A stretch of 62,467 nucleotides of DNA, filler included, from Globobulimina sp. (taxonomy: Eukaryota): assembly GCA_003354225.1 (NCBI GenBank). It is 25 parts of 25 records of this genome, joined end to end, with 100 filler letters (N's around TTAATTAATTAA, not from the genome) between each part and the next. Parts side by side here need not be neighbours in the genome. Positions count along the whole stretch, not along the records: positions 1 to 2,405 come from PIVH01006871.1; positions 2,506 to 4,910 come from PIVH01006872.1; positions 5,011 to 7,415 come from PIVH01006873.1; positions 7,516 to 9,920 come from PIVH01006874.1; positions 10,021 to 12,424 come from PIVH01006875.1; 20 more parts are not named here. One strand, written 5' to 3'. The position numbers and the translations under genes are program-made. The notes below the pieces were generated by a model. It was not told where the DNA came from. It ran no database searches and worked only from the letters and a program-made list of their open reading frames with translations. Position 1 is the stretch's first letter, and each line of letters opens with the position of its first letter. This document shows positions 1-10,932 of the stretch, one piece after another.

Positions 1-849
1 AATTAATTTATGAATTGCATAACAAAGATTATTTTGTAAAATCTTTGCATATCTAACATTGCATCCATAGGCAACATAAAACAACAGAATATAACAAGAT
101 GTATCTAATGTTTTTACGCACAAATTCGAATAACATATATATTCAAAATGTACCGCATTACACATCAATTCAAACAAATTATATTTTACAAAAAATTTCC
201 ATTGTTTTGCAGTTGCAACTGTGGTCGAAGTGAAATACATACAATGCATAATAATAGAACCCAACGTACGGCATGTATTCATTAAATAATCCAACTTCAA
301 ATATGTTGCATCCATCTCCATATATCTCAATTCATGTTTTCTTTCATTTATTGGACCAAATAATTTTGTACCATTTTTATCAATTAATTTTAATAAAAAA
401 TAAAAGATTTTAAATAATAATTTCCAATATTTTTTGAATATTAATTTTAACATCTTTGGACAGATTAAGAATGAATATAATATTCTAAACAACGCATAAA
501 ATGCATCTATATTTTTATAAAACTCATCAATTTTTACAGCGGATTTTAACAGTTTTATTAAACATTTATTAAATTGATTGATAAATATTGAATTACTCAA
601 AATTTCAGAAATACATTGTTGGCAAAAAACAGCAACCCGCTGAGTTATTGTCGCAACGAAATGTTTTAAATAATTTACCTCATTTTTTACTATGACATTC
701 AAAATAAAGTCAATACAGTTATGACAAGATCTAAATCTCGGTTCATTATGTATGCATTTTTTAAATGATACTCTTCCATCGATCTTTATCTTGTTGTAAT
801 ATATAATTTCATATTTAATATGAGAAGGAAAGACATGGCGATTTGCCAT
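1..849 (-). CDS. Hypothetical protein, at least 283 aa, 3'-truncated at window edge (absent from the supplied ORF track)
   Basis: Manual translation from ATG at 849 (MANRHVFPSHIKYEIIYYNKIKIDGRVSFKKCIHNEPRFRSCHNCIDF...) is stop-free to position 1 despite very AT-rich sequence. Confidence 0.75.
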   Translation of the reverse strand, partial: MANRHVFPSHIKYEIIYYNKIKIDGRVSFKKCIHNEPRFRSCHNCIDFILNVIVKNEVNYLKHFVATITQRVAVFCQQCISEILSNSIFINQFNKCLIKLLKSAVKIDEFYKNIDAFYALFRILYSFLICPKMLKLIFKKYWKLLFKIFYFLLKLIDKNGTKLFGPINERKHELRYMEMDATYLKLDYLMNTCRTLGSIIMHCMYFTSTTVATAKQWKFFVKYNLFELMCNAVHFEYICYSNLCVKTLDTSCYILLFYVAYGCNVRYAKILQNNLCYAIHKLI

Positions 850-909
850 GTTAAGTTTTTTAATATCAATTTTGTTTAAAACTTTACTTTTAGTCAGTCA
901 GTCCTGAGC

Positions 910-2118
910 ATGGCACGTAATAATCTCAACTGGAAGCAAAAAAATAGGGAATATATGCCTCAGGTTTGGATTTGATAAAAGCATAGTAAACGACGATTAA
1001 ACCACATAAAACAACGATAGGCATCGAAAGAAGATTTGATGGCGCGACAAAAAGGTTAAATTTTGAATATTTGCATGTACACACTATGAGATAATATAAT
1101 TAGTAATATGTATAACTGTATACGTACATATGTATAATATGAACAAATAAATAAATAAACAGATCGATATAAATTAAGCAAAGTGTATCAAAATGGGATC
1201 TGGTACATCGACAATGATAATAATATGATGAAAAAGAGAAAGGGTAAAAGCAAAAGAAAGAGCAAAGGGAGTGACAGATTTTATAATTATGCGGTATCAA
1301 CAAATCAAAATCCACAGAAAAAAAAGAATAAAAATAAATCCAAATCGAAATTAAAAGTTAAATCGGCGTCGACCGCCTGCATATTTTATCAAAAAGGCGC
1401 TTGTTTAAAAGGCAAAAGCTGTCCCTTCAAACACGAAGGCGTAAAAGGACAGAATGTGGATAAGGACTCGTTGGATTTGTATCAGATTTGCTGGGATTTT
1501 GCCGCTGGACATTGTGGGCGGGGCAGTAAATGTCGATGGTTACATTCGGTAAATGACAAAAATGAGAGTAAAGAATATAAATTCAATTCGACTGACAGTC
1601 ATAAACAATATTCGTATTCGTCGGGAAAGAAAGAAAAAGAAAATGAAAATGAAGAAAAACCGGATGTTAACATTGAGAAATTTATTCCGCGCATAAATAT
1701 TTATAAAAATAAATCAGAATTTGAAAAGGCAGAATATTTGCTTTGTTGTGAAGGATTGAAAAACAATGAAAAGATATTGGACGGACACTATGAATCTTTA
1801 AAATGGAAATCGGCATTCAATTATTTATTTTTTGGCGATCAGAATGTTAATTTATTGAATAAAAATGATGCAAAAATCATTAATCAAAACATGGAAAACC
1901 ATAATTTACGAATGAAATTTTTTAAATTATTAAACAAAAATGGGGTTAAAAAAACAATTGAAATTTATAAAAATGAAAATCAAAAAGATAAAACAAATGG
2001 CGATGAGAATAATGATTATAATAAAACAAATGGTGCAAATACAAATGGTGCAGATGTAGTGAATGATGATATTGACGAATTAATGAATTTTATTTATGGC
2101 AAAGTTATTAAAACATAA
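910..2118 (+). CDS. Tandem CCCH zinc-finger protein, 3 exons (910-963, 1021-1054, 1163-2118)
   Basis: Two C-x7-C-x5-C-x3-H motifs (CIFYQKGACLKGKSCPFKH; CWDFAAGHCGRGSKCRWLH). GT-AG introns 964-1020 and 1055-1162 link ATG 910 in frame to the long ORF. Confidence 0.8.
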
Positions 2119-2405
2119 AATGTAAACTTTTTCTTATTTTATTTACTTGTTTTGTTTGTGTTAAGTATTAATATTCGATATAAATTTCAACTTCTTATAT
2201 TATATTTGTTGATAATCGTATTCCAAGCAAACCCAATGCAAACTTAAGTTGTCGTATTTTTTAAGTGAGCAAACAATGGCACATTAGAAGCTGATGAAAC
2301 CAAACCACAACCTAATCATTAATAATGCTAAATCTTTAATAGATATATCAACCCCAGTTCCAACGTTAATGTGTGTAGTATTTAAATTTTCATAAAGAAA
2401 TTGAG

Positions 2406-2505
2406 NNNNNNNNNNNNNNNNNNNNNNNNNNNNNNNNNNNNNNNNNNNNTTAATTAATTAANNNNNNNNNNNNNNNNNNNNNNNNNNNNNNNNNNNNNNN
2501 NNNNN
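2406..2505. other. Artificial contig-joining spacer (N-run, TTAATTAATTAA, N-run); 24 such spacers recur about every 2.5 kb
   Basis: Identical 100-nt structure each time; the linker puts stops in all six frames; contigs decrease in length from 2405 to 2401 nt. Confidence 0.98.
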
Positions 2506-3012
2506 TTCCTCCAATGATATATCAATACTTGTAATAAAATCACTGTTAGTAATACTAATAAAAATGAATAAGACTCAGTCTGTGCCTTCTCATCCATTAC
2601 TCCGCGATGGTAATTATGTCGATGTTCATTATGAATGTTATTGTGTTGGATTACTTTGGAATGTAACATTGGTTCTGCTTTATTCAAATCATCAACAGGA
2701 ATTTGTTCAACTTCAGATTGTTTATTACTGTCATCATGTAGTTTCCTATGATGATTATCCAGGTATTTGTCCCTACGCAATGAGTCGGTATCGAATAAAT
2801 AACCTATGCTGATTGGTCAGTGTGTTATGATGTGGGATGTAATTAGATGTAGGTACAAAATTAGTGGACACACTTGTCTTGTTTATCTTTATCGATAATA
2901 GAATGGTTGTCATCAAATGCAAATTCTTCAGCCATGATCGTTAGAAAAACCTTCAAGTGAAAGGTTTTTGTCATTTACTCATTTATTTTCGGAAACGCTG
3001 CGTTTTTCAAGC

Positions 3013-4910
3013 ATGTTAGCTATACAAGCCATATGTATCATTATAATCCTTCTTGTCTGTGCTTATAACTCTGCCTCTAACACTTACAATATATCGTATC
3101 ACCCAAACGGAGAGATAATATGGCAATCCACATCTGATTTTGTGCCTATTCAATCACAATCCTATGGCGAAATAAGATTAGGACAAATAATGAGTATTGA
3201 GTTTGATTTCATATTTGAAGGCAGAGGAAATGTTCCTAACTCTGGATTTACGAATCAATTTTTTCGTATCGGTGCTGATGGATTTCTAAGTCAATATTGT
3301 GAAGGTGAAAACTCAAAATATTCATCTATGTGGTTAAAATACGGAGGTGGCAGCTCTGGGATACTCGACATACAATTTACATCTGGTGCTTCATCATGTA
3401 GCACCAAACATTATTTAGACAATTATGGTGAGCTGAATGTTGGTGCGAATCATCATATTAAAATATCATTAACTAACACAGCAGCAGACATTGTAATAAC
3501 TGGTGGAGGCGCTGGCAAGACATCGCCGTATACAGAATCCTGGCCACGAGAGGAAACTCCTGAAAATATTCTCGGAAACAATGTTTCTGTTTGGTGGATG
3601 GGAAATAAATATTCTGGTCTCTATAATCCTGGTTTGGCTACGTTCTCAAATATAATTATAAAAACAAATATATTTGCTCCACCATCCATAAATCCGACCA
3701 ATAATCCAACTGCCACTCCATTGACTCCAACTATATTTCCAAGTACATCTCCAACTATATATCCCAGTATATATCCAACTATATTTCCAACTACACTCCC
3801 AACTACATATCCAAGTACACATCCCACTATATATCCTAGTACATATCCAACTGTGTATCCTACAACAAATCCAACCAACACACCAACAAACAATCCTATT
3901 ATTGGCACAAAATCACCAACATCAATCACGCCAAATCCAACTAGTTCTCCCACTAAACATCCGACTGGAAATCCCACCAAAAATCCTACTGGAAATCCAA
4001 CTAATACACCAACAGAAAATCCAATTATTGTAACACAATCAGCAACCTTATCTCCTACTAAACTACAGACTAAAAATCCGACCAATGCACCCACGGAGAA
4101 CCCAATTGTTGCTACAGAATCTCCAATAACAGATGGACAGATTGATGGAAATGGCCAAATTACCTCAACAATGAGACCAGATATTCCAGATCACCAAACA
4201 TCAAAAGATAAGCTATTGGCAACAATGGATATAATGATGATTGCTATCAGTGTTACTATAGTGATGGTGTCGTGTTGCATAATTTGTGGACTGGTCATGT
4301 TATATAAGAAAAGGAAAGCACATGAATCAGATAACGTTTCACCAGCACTCAAACAATCAACATTAGAAATTGAAATGCCAGCAATTAGTTATAATATTCA
4401 ACCTGATACTGTTTCGAGTCATGATATCCGTTTTCAACAGCAACAGCATATTGAATATAACCCACCTGATCGGATGCAGGATTTTCATATAGAGACATAT
4501 GAGTGTAATAATAATCAGATTCCTGATGCAGATGCCCCATACACTCCGGATGGTGTTGTAAAAGCCGGATTTGCACAGATAAATCCAAAGCCAATGTTAG
4601 GTTATTTATCTGCAGCGCAGCAGCAGGAGGTATATGTTACAGCAGGAGGACCAGAAAAAGAACCAAGTACTAGTCCGCAAATTGTGTACCAAGATGAGCA
4701 ATTGCAAGAATCAGAGTATATTCAACGGGAAACAGAGACAATTGATGACAATAAAGTTGCAGAGTTCATTTGTTATTCACCTCATATTGATAATGATGAG
4801 AAAGATCCAGAGATGCCATTATCGCCTGGAAATGATCAGGATTTTGATGATTTGATGTATGAGGTACCGATAGAAAACCAGATGACAATTGGAGTTATTG
4901 AGGATTCAAA
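3013..4910 (+). CDS. Type I membrane surface protein: signal peptide, beta-sandwich (LamG/ConA-like) domain, PT-repeat stalk, TM helix, acidic tail; 3'-truncated
   Basis: Hydrophobic N-terminus MLAIQAICIIIILLVCA; many PTxx/PSxx repeats; TM IMMIAISVTIVMVSCCIICGLVMLY followed by KKRK. Confidence 0.75.
3690..4110 (+). repeat. Coding 12-nt tandem repeat (PTxx/PSxx mucin-like stalk)
   Basis: Repeated ccaactatatat/ccaagtacatat/aatccaact units encoding PTIY, PSTY, PTNN, PTGN. Confidence 0.85.
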
Positions 4911-5088
4911 NNNNNNNNNNNNNNNNNNNNNNNNNNNNNNNNNNNNNNNNNNNNTTAATTAATTAANNNNNNNNNNNNNNNNNNNNNNNNNNNNNNNNNN
5001 NNNNNNNNNNTTTTATTGACAAGCATAAAAAATTTTCCTTTATTTGCTGAGTAATGTCTGTTATATTACCAGTAATTACCAAGCTTGT

Positions 5089-7215
5089 ATGGATTTCCTT
5101 GATATGGACTCTCCAGAACCCGAACCCAGAGATGTTGAAGACATAAAAGAAGACGATCTAGTGAGTAATAATAATAATAGACGTGGTTCGTACACGATGA
5201 ACAACCCTCACATCCATGCCATAATCAAGCAATTCCAATCTACCATCAACGAATTACAATTAGAACTCGAATCCGCGTCGGTAGAAAACGAACAGTTAAT
5301 GGTGAAGAGCGAGACCTTAATCATCGAATACGACGCCAAGATCGACGAATTAAATTTAGAAATCGACGAACTGCAAATCGAATCGCAACAATACCAGATT
5401 CGTTACAGCGAAATCAACGAAGAATTGCATGAGTTGCGATCGCGCCAAGCCGACCACGTTTCCTCTGGCAAAGAGAACCAAGAGCTTCTGCTCAGACTAC
5501 AGAACAAAGAGCAAAACGAGATCTCAATGATGATCGAATTGGAACAGAGCCACAAACAAAACCAAAGCCTGAAGAAACAAATCAAAAACGGCAACGAGAA
5601 CATCACCAAATTGCAGCACGCCATGATCCAAATCAAGAAAGACAAATCCATCATGGACAAGAACATGGAATCCAGCATGGATAAATACGACATTTTGCAG
5701 CAACATTCCCGCGCAGAAATCCAGAATCTCACCGCCCGCTTATCGCAGTTATCGCGCGAGAATGAGATTTATCGCCAGAATCTGTCCACGGCCGAGGCTG
5801 AGAAGATGGAGATGCAAAATAACTTCACCGAGGCCACTATGGAGTTATTGCACGACGAGATGAACGACGCCGAAGCGGGCAATTATGCGACGGATGGCGG
5901 CCCCATGCGATTGGAGCGGGTGTCGACCAGTGATATGCACCGCAGATTCGCCAGCATCAACAGCCAAAACTCCGTCGATATTGGCGCCAATTCCCATTTT
6001 ATTAAAGGGCGCTTTAACTCTCAAACCTCGTTACCGGATCAGTCATTGCTAGAAAGCTTTGACGATCAACGCTATCATTCGCGCAAATCGTCGGTGCAGT
6101 CGTTAGATTCGAGGATGGGTTCATACGCTGGCGACGCTGCCTACGCTCCGCCCATTGATGTGGCCAAACTGAAGCAGGATATTAAAGAGATTTTAGTGTC
6201 GCATTTGAATTCATTGCCATCGCAATCGCCCACTTTCGATCCGAAATTGTTTGTGGAATTCGAGCGGTCCATCAATGAGAAGATCAAAAATATCCTGGAT
6301 TCGCGGCACGATATGCAGCAGTTTGAAAATATCATCAATGAGAAGATTAAGGGCATTCTGGACTGCATCCAGGCGATGAATGAGAGCATCAATGAGAAGA
6401 TGGATGAGCAGAAGGAGCGTATTGACGAAGTGGATGATGGCGACGCCGACGCACAGCGCATGGAGCGGATCCGGGAGATATTGTACGAGACCATTGAGAA
6501 TCAGATGAGTGTGTTTCAGATCTCTTTGGAGAACCAAATCGGTGGTACGGTGAATGAGCACTTACAACATGTGATTGAGCAGAAAGTTAATGGCAAATTG
6601 CGGGAGGATATCAAGTGTGATATGAATGAGTGTGTGGATGGGATGAAAGAGGAAATAATGGAGAATTATAACGATGGCCGTAATGAGAATGCGGCGGAGA
6701 AGGACAAGAAAGAGAAAGAGGTGGCATTTGATGAGGAAATGTTGAATAATAAGTTGGAGAGCGCCATGGATAAAACTATGGATGGCAAAATTGATGGCTT
6801 TATGGCGGAATTTCGAAAGGAAGTTATACCGGAATTTATGGCCATATTTGAACAGTTATCGAATGAAAATAAGGGGATCAATTATAACGATTATGACGAC
6901 GAGAAAGCAAACTCGAATCGAAATGAATTGTTGTCACTGAACGAGACGTTGAAGAAAGAGATTTTTGTGTTGAAGCAAGAGAAGAATGAGCATGACAAGA
7001 TATTGCGCAGTGCGGCGACGTCCAAAGTGCACCAAGTGGTCAAGTTGCAGAATTTGTTGGATCACATGAGGACTGATAACAGGTTTTTGCAGTTTCAGTT
7101 GAATAAATATCAAGAAACCTTTGCGAAAATCAAAGAGAGCCAAGAAAATAATGTTGTCAATAAGTTTTGGGGCTATTTTGGACAAAATAATACTTTCAAT
7201 CGCTTATCTACATAA
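5089..7215 (+). CDS. Large coiled-coil protein of unknown function
   Basis: About 700-aa uninterrupted ORF rich in E/Q/K/L heptads; no catalytic motif recognised; first ATG at 5089. Confidence 0.8.
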   Translation: MDFLDMDSPEPEPRDVEDIKEDDLVSNNNNRRGSYTMNNPHIHAIIKQFQSTINELQLELESASVENEQLMVKSETLIIEYDAKIDELNLEIDELQIESQQYQIRYSEINEELHELRSRQADHVSSGKENQELLLRLQNKEQNEISMMIELEQSHKQNQSLKKQIKNGNENITKLQHAMIQIKKDKSIMDKNMESSMDKYDILQQHSRAEIQNLTARLSQLSRENEIYRQNLSTAEAEKMEMQNNFTEATMELLHDEMNDAEAGNYATDGGPMRLERVSTSDMHRRFASINSQNSVDIGANSHFIKGRFNSQTSLPDQSLLESFDDQRYHSRKSSVQSLDSRMGSYAGDAAYAPPIDVAKLKQDIKEILVSHLNSLPSQSPTFDPKLFVEFERSINEKIKNILDSRHDMQQFENIINEKIKGILDCIQAMNESINEKMDEQKERIDEVDDGDADAQRMERIREILYETIENQMSVFQISLENQIGGTVNEHLQHVIEQKVNGKLREDIKCDMNECVDGMKEEIMENYNDGRNENAAEKDKKEKEVAFDEEMLNNKLESAMDKTMDGKIDGFMAEFRKEVIPEFMAIFEQLSNENKGINYNDYDDEKANSNRNELLSLNETLKKEIFVLKQEKNEHDKILRSAATSKVHQVVKLQNLLDHMRTDNRFLQFQLNKYQETFAKIKESQENNVVNKFWGYFGQNNTFNRLST

Positions 7216-7591
7216 TATATTAATATTTAATCTGATCAGAATCTACTTTTATAGCTCCGAGTGTTGTTTGTTTGTTTTTCACGTTCGAATTCATTCCTTT
7301 TTGATGTTGTCAATGAATGTTGAGTGTTGAATGAATGATGAATTTTAATATGTTTAATATTTTTTTGTTTTTGTTCTTTTTTTTTTTTATTTTTTTTTTT
7401 TTTTTCTTTTTTTTTNNNNNNNNNNNNNNNNNNNNNNNNNNNNNNNNNNNNNNNNNNNNTTAATTAATTAANNNNNNNNNNNNNNNNNNNNNNNNNNNNN
7501 NNNNNNNNNNNNNNNATTACCAAAAATATGGACAATGAATTTTCGAAAACACAGACAATTTCAGAGTGTGCTGTCGATTTGTCTCTGTTTT

Positions 7592-8638
7592 TCATAAATA
7601 TACAGTAATATATACAACATACATTGTCGTGGCAGTCTCAGTACTCTGCCTTATACTGCAGTCTCCGCCAGTGGAGCCATAGCCCCATGTACCACTATTA
7701 AAAGTAAACCGAGTCGACCAATCACATATATAATTCCAAAATGTATTCTCTGGCGAATTGCTCGTAGTGACTTGTACATTTCTCAACGTTGCACTGAATG
7801 TATTATACCATGAACTGCCCAGATACACGGCGCGATCCATTACAATTGGATGGGACTCGGTATCCGAATCATACACAGTCGCGCCCGCAAAGGTAATTGT
7901 TAAATGTCTCTGTGTCTGATGTAAAGTATAAAGATATTCAGTGCCCAACGCATAGCCTGAACTGGAATCATGGCTTGGATTAGAATTAGAAATCAATCCA
8001 AAACTTGACCGAATATAACGAGAAGTTCCTTCAATATATATGGCCGGATATCGCTGCGAGTCATCATTGCCAAAATGGAGAATATTGCCCCAGCCACTGG
8101 GCCAGCTCTGGAATGTAATATAAAATGAAATATACACTTCATCTAAAATGTCAATGGTGCCGATGAGAGTGCCTTGTCCGCGGATTCGCACATAACTCGG
8201 CTTATCGTTGAGCACAGAGAAGCCGTTGGGATAACCACATAAACCGCTATAAGTATCAGCGCAGTCGAAATCGACCCATTCATCTGAGGAATAATAAAGA
8301 CCGGTGCAATCTTGATCGCCACCGACATTGTTTGGTTGGTCAGACATCCACGGTGTGGTGAAATATGTGGTGCCATAGTTCCAGGGCGTGCTATCGGACC
8401 AAACCCAGGTATCTTCTACAACATCAGTAAGACCTATCCATGCATCAGCGAGATATGTTGCGTATGCCTCTGTGTTTTCGGATGAGTTGTGTATTGAGGC
8501 TAAATGTCGATCATAATAAAATAAACACGTTGCTTCCCAATTTGAGTGTGTTAGTTGATAGTCGCCGTTGTATATATATTTTTGTGAATGTACATGTGCT
8601 ACAATATACACAAGGGGGAATGTTAAAGACCATGACAT
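7592..8638 (-). CDS. Secreted C-type lectin domain plus beta-sandwich domain protein (probably continues past an intron and the contig end)
   Basis: Signal peptide; CTLD motifs HLASIH, WIGLTD, WVWSD, W..DQPNN...QDC, WVDFDC; then ILHFG..RYPAIYI module shared with 25920-27140. Confidence 0.85.
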   Translation of the reverse strand: MSWSLTFPLVYIVAHVHSQKYIYNGDYQLTHSNWEATCLFYYDRHLASIHNSSENTEAYATYLADAWIGLTDVVEDTWVWSDSTPWNYGTTYFTTPWMSDQPNNVGGDQDCTGLYYSSDEWVDFDCADTYSGLCGYPNGFSVLNDKPSYVRIRGQGTLIGTIDILDEVYISFYITFQSWPSGWGNILHFGNDDSQRYPAIYIEGTSRYIRSSFGLISNSNPSHDSSSGYALGTEYLYTLHQTQRHLTITFAGATVYDSDTESHPIVMDRAVYLGSSWYNTFSATLRNVQVTTSNSPENTFWNYICDWSTRFTFNSGTWGYGSTGGDCSIRQSTETATTMYVVYITVYL

Positions 8639-9240
8639 TGTTCCCGGCTAAAGCTTTAATGACACAGTTTTTTTCTCTTAGAAACTGTTTTTTTCCCCAA
8701 CATTAATTCCATCAGTAATCCAATCCAATCCAACCCAACCACATATTAACCGATTCAATTCAATTAGTGGATGCAATCAACAGTTAAGAATGCATTCGCA
8801 CATTACACATTGCATTCTGTATTTCGGTAACACTCAGGTTCTGCAGATGCAAAAACGGCTGCGGTTCGGTTTGGTAATGGAAATAAATAAGGAAAATGCA
8901 CCTGTTTATTGGCACTAATATCGAAATGAAACATTATCAAATTTATCAAATACAAAATAATTATTTTTCATTCCAATATAAGTATTTCCAATAAACAATA
9001 TATAAAACTGTTCATTTTTCTCTTTTTTTTATTACAGTTTTTTGCATTGCCAATTACAGTGATATTCAATGCATCATTTTGAATGTGTTGAACTTATCAA
9101 AATATGAAAATACACAGCAAATCATGGATCTCCTGGGTGGTAAAAGCATGGCTATGTATTTGAAGTGCGGACGCTTGTTTTGTGTTCTTTCAGTGTTGAT
9201 ATTATCGGTTCTGTTTTTTGTGTTAACGTAACTCTGATTG

Positions 9241-9420
9241 ACACTCAATATTTGTCACAAACAGTAAAAGATCAAAACATATTTAACCACACAGATGACA
9301 CAGATGACATTCAATTTCAACATTTGCCGCAAACAGCAATAGATCAAAACATATCAAATCACACAGATAACACTCAACATTTGGCACAAACAGTAAATGA
9401 TCAAAAAATATTAAACCCAA
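9241..9420 (+). repeat. Three imperfect tandem repeats of about 57-70 nt inside ORF 9165-9485
   Basis: caa(t/c)atttg(t/c/g)c.caaacag.aa..gatcaaaa occurs three times, encoding QYLSQTVKDQNI / QHLPQTAIDQNI / QHLAQTVNDQKI. Confidence 0.7.
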
Positions 9421-9485
9421 TATTGCACGAAATTACGAATTGCATAAAACTCTTCTGTGGGTTTAAATATTGCAGTAGTTTATGA

Positions 9486-9800
9486 TTACAAACAAGAATT
9501 TAAACTAGGAGATGACGTATTGACATACGGCCACCCATTTGAGTCATAATATACTCGATCCATCAACAATTTTCTAGCATTATTTTCTCCAATCTGATAT
9601 GCATGATAATATATCCAATCATTGCCTTGTTTATCCGTATATAAACTATTATGTCCAGTTGCATAGAAACTATCATTGGATTGCAAGATAACATCATCTT
9701 TAAACCCTTGATTTGCTGCAGATCGTCTTATAAATGGTCCAAATGGTACCTGATCCGATACGGAAATCATGACAGCATAATGAGCATCAGTGCCACAACT
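9486..9800 (-). CDS. Glycoside hydrolase family 43 (arabinanase/xylosidase-like), C-terminal fragment
   Basis: CGTDAHYAV...PFGPF...ATGHNSLYTD..GNDWIYYHAY...RKLLMDRVYY..NGWPYV matches GH43 five-bladed propeller C-terminal motifs; upstream catalytic region absent. Confidence 0.8.
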   Translation of the reverse strand, partial: SCGTDAHYAVMISVSDQVPFGPFIRRSAANQGFKDDVILQSNDSFYATGHNSLYTDKQGNDWIYYHAYQIGENNARKLLMDRVYYDSNGWPYVNTSSPSLNSCL

Positions 9801-10020
9801 TGCGCAAGTGCTATCATCTGCCACACATGAGAGTGATGGTAGACTTGATGCGTAGATGTGAGGAGGATAGTAGTTGTAATGCATTCAGCTCAGTCAATTA
9901 TGATCCTAATGATCCAATGGNNNNNNNNNNNNNNNNNNNNNNNNNNNNNNNNNNNNNNNNNNNNTTAATTAATTAANNNNNNNNNNNNNNNNNNNNNNNN
10001 NNNNNNNNNNNNNNNNNNNN

Positions 10021-10874
10021 AACTTACCTGATGTAGCTGACGATGATTTTTTACCAATGCTTTCAATAATGGGATGTGCAGATTCTCCAGGTTTTAATAA
10101 CGGAAACTTTCCAGTATTTGATGTTGAATAATATGAAATGATGGTCATTTCAGACATTGATAATTTGTCAGTTCGTTTCTGGTCTGACTGTGCTGCCGCA
10201 GAGCCTTTTTCGTCTCTTACAAACAATGTTACCCAACACAATGAGTTCAGTGTAAACAGACCACCAACAAGACACGGCAATAAATATGCATATTCTTCAA
10301 ATATCCAAAACTGCAAAACTGAATCGGATGGTCGACTAAAACTATTGGAACCATTGGCTTCCTCCAAATCATACGATATCACCAATAATCCACCAAGTGA
10401 CGAGGCGATAATTGATCCCGCACCAAATCCAATTGCCATAATTGAAAATGAAAACGCTCGGTTCTCACGGTCATATATATCCGCAGTCCACGCCTTTATC
10501 ACACCCATATTACCACTCATTGTACCTGCCACACAGCGAGCAATCAGTGCCATGGCATACGAGGTGCTCATACCAAATACAATCAAAGCAGCACTGCTAC
10601 AAAGTATACCAATCAACAGTGCACTCCTTCGGCCATACACATCACTGTACCAACCCCACAAAACTGAACTTATAAATTGACAGAACGCGAAGCTGGCTGT
10701 CAACAACCCAGTAAAAAATCCAATATTTTCCTCAGCAATTCCAAAATCCCGTATCATAAACACAACAAATGGCAGTATCACATTGATTTGGTATGCTTCA
10801 CCGGCTAGAACACAGAATACCGTAAACAATTTCGATTGCGTCACTGTTGATTGCTTCTTTTGTGGCTGCGTCAT
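10021..10874 (-). CDS. MFS transporter (ZIFL/TetA-like), N-terminal half, 3'-truncated
   Basis: MFS motif A (WGWYSDVYGRRSALL), ARCVAGTMSGNMGVIKA, six hydrophobic segments, LLPCLV. Confidence 0.9.
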
Positions 10875-10932
10875 TGCAATGATATGACGAAAAAAACTCT
10901 TTAGTAACTTTGCTTCTTATAATACCCATCAG

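Noticed and set aside
2450-2461. TTAATTAATTAA recurring at regular ~2.5-kb intervals as a biological repeat, telomere or CRISPR-like array
   Set aside because: Always centred in identical N-runs; it is a synthetic six-frame-stop linker between size-sorted contigs.
2506-2812. Short ORFs at the start of contig 2
   Set aside because: No recognisable motif on either strand; cannot be supported as genes.
3621-4094. 157-aa Gly/Val-rich minus-strand ORF
   Set aside because: Antisense shadow of the PT-repeat stalk.
7360-7415. Poly-T tract as a terminator or retro-insertion tail
   Set aside because: Low-complexity 3' region at a contig end, which probably caused the assembly break.
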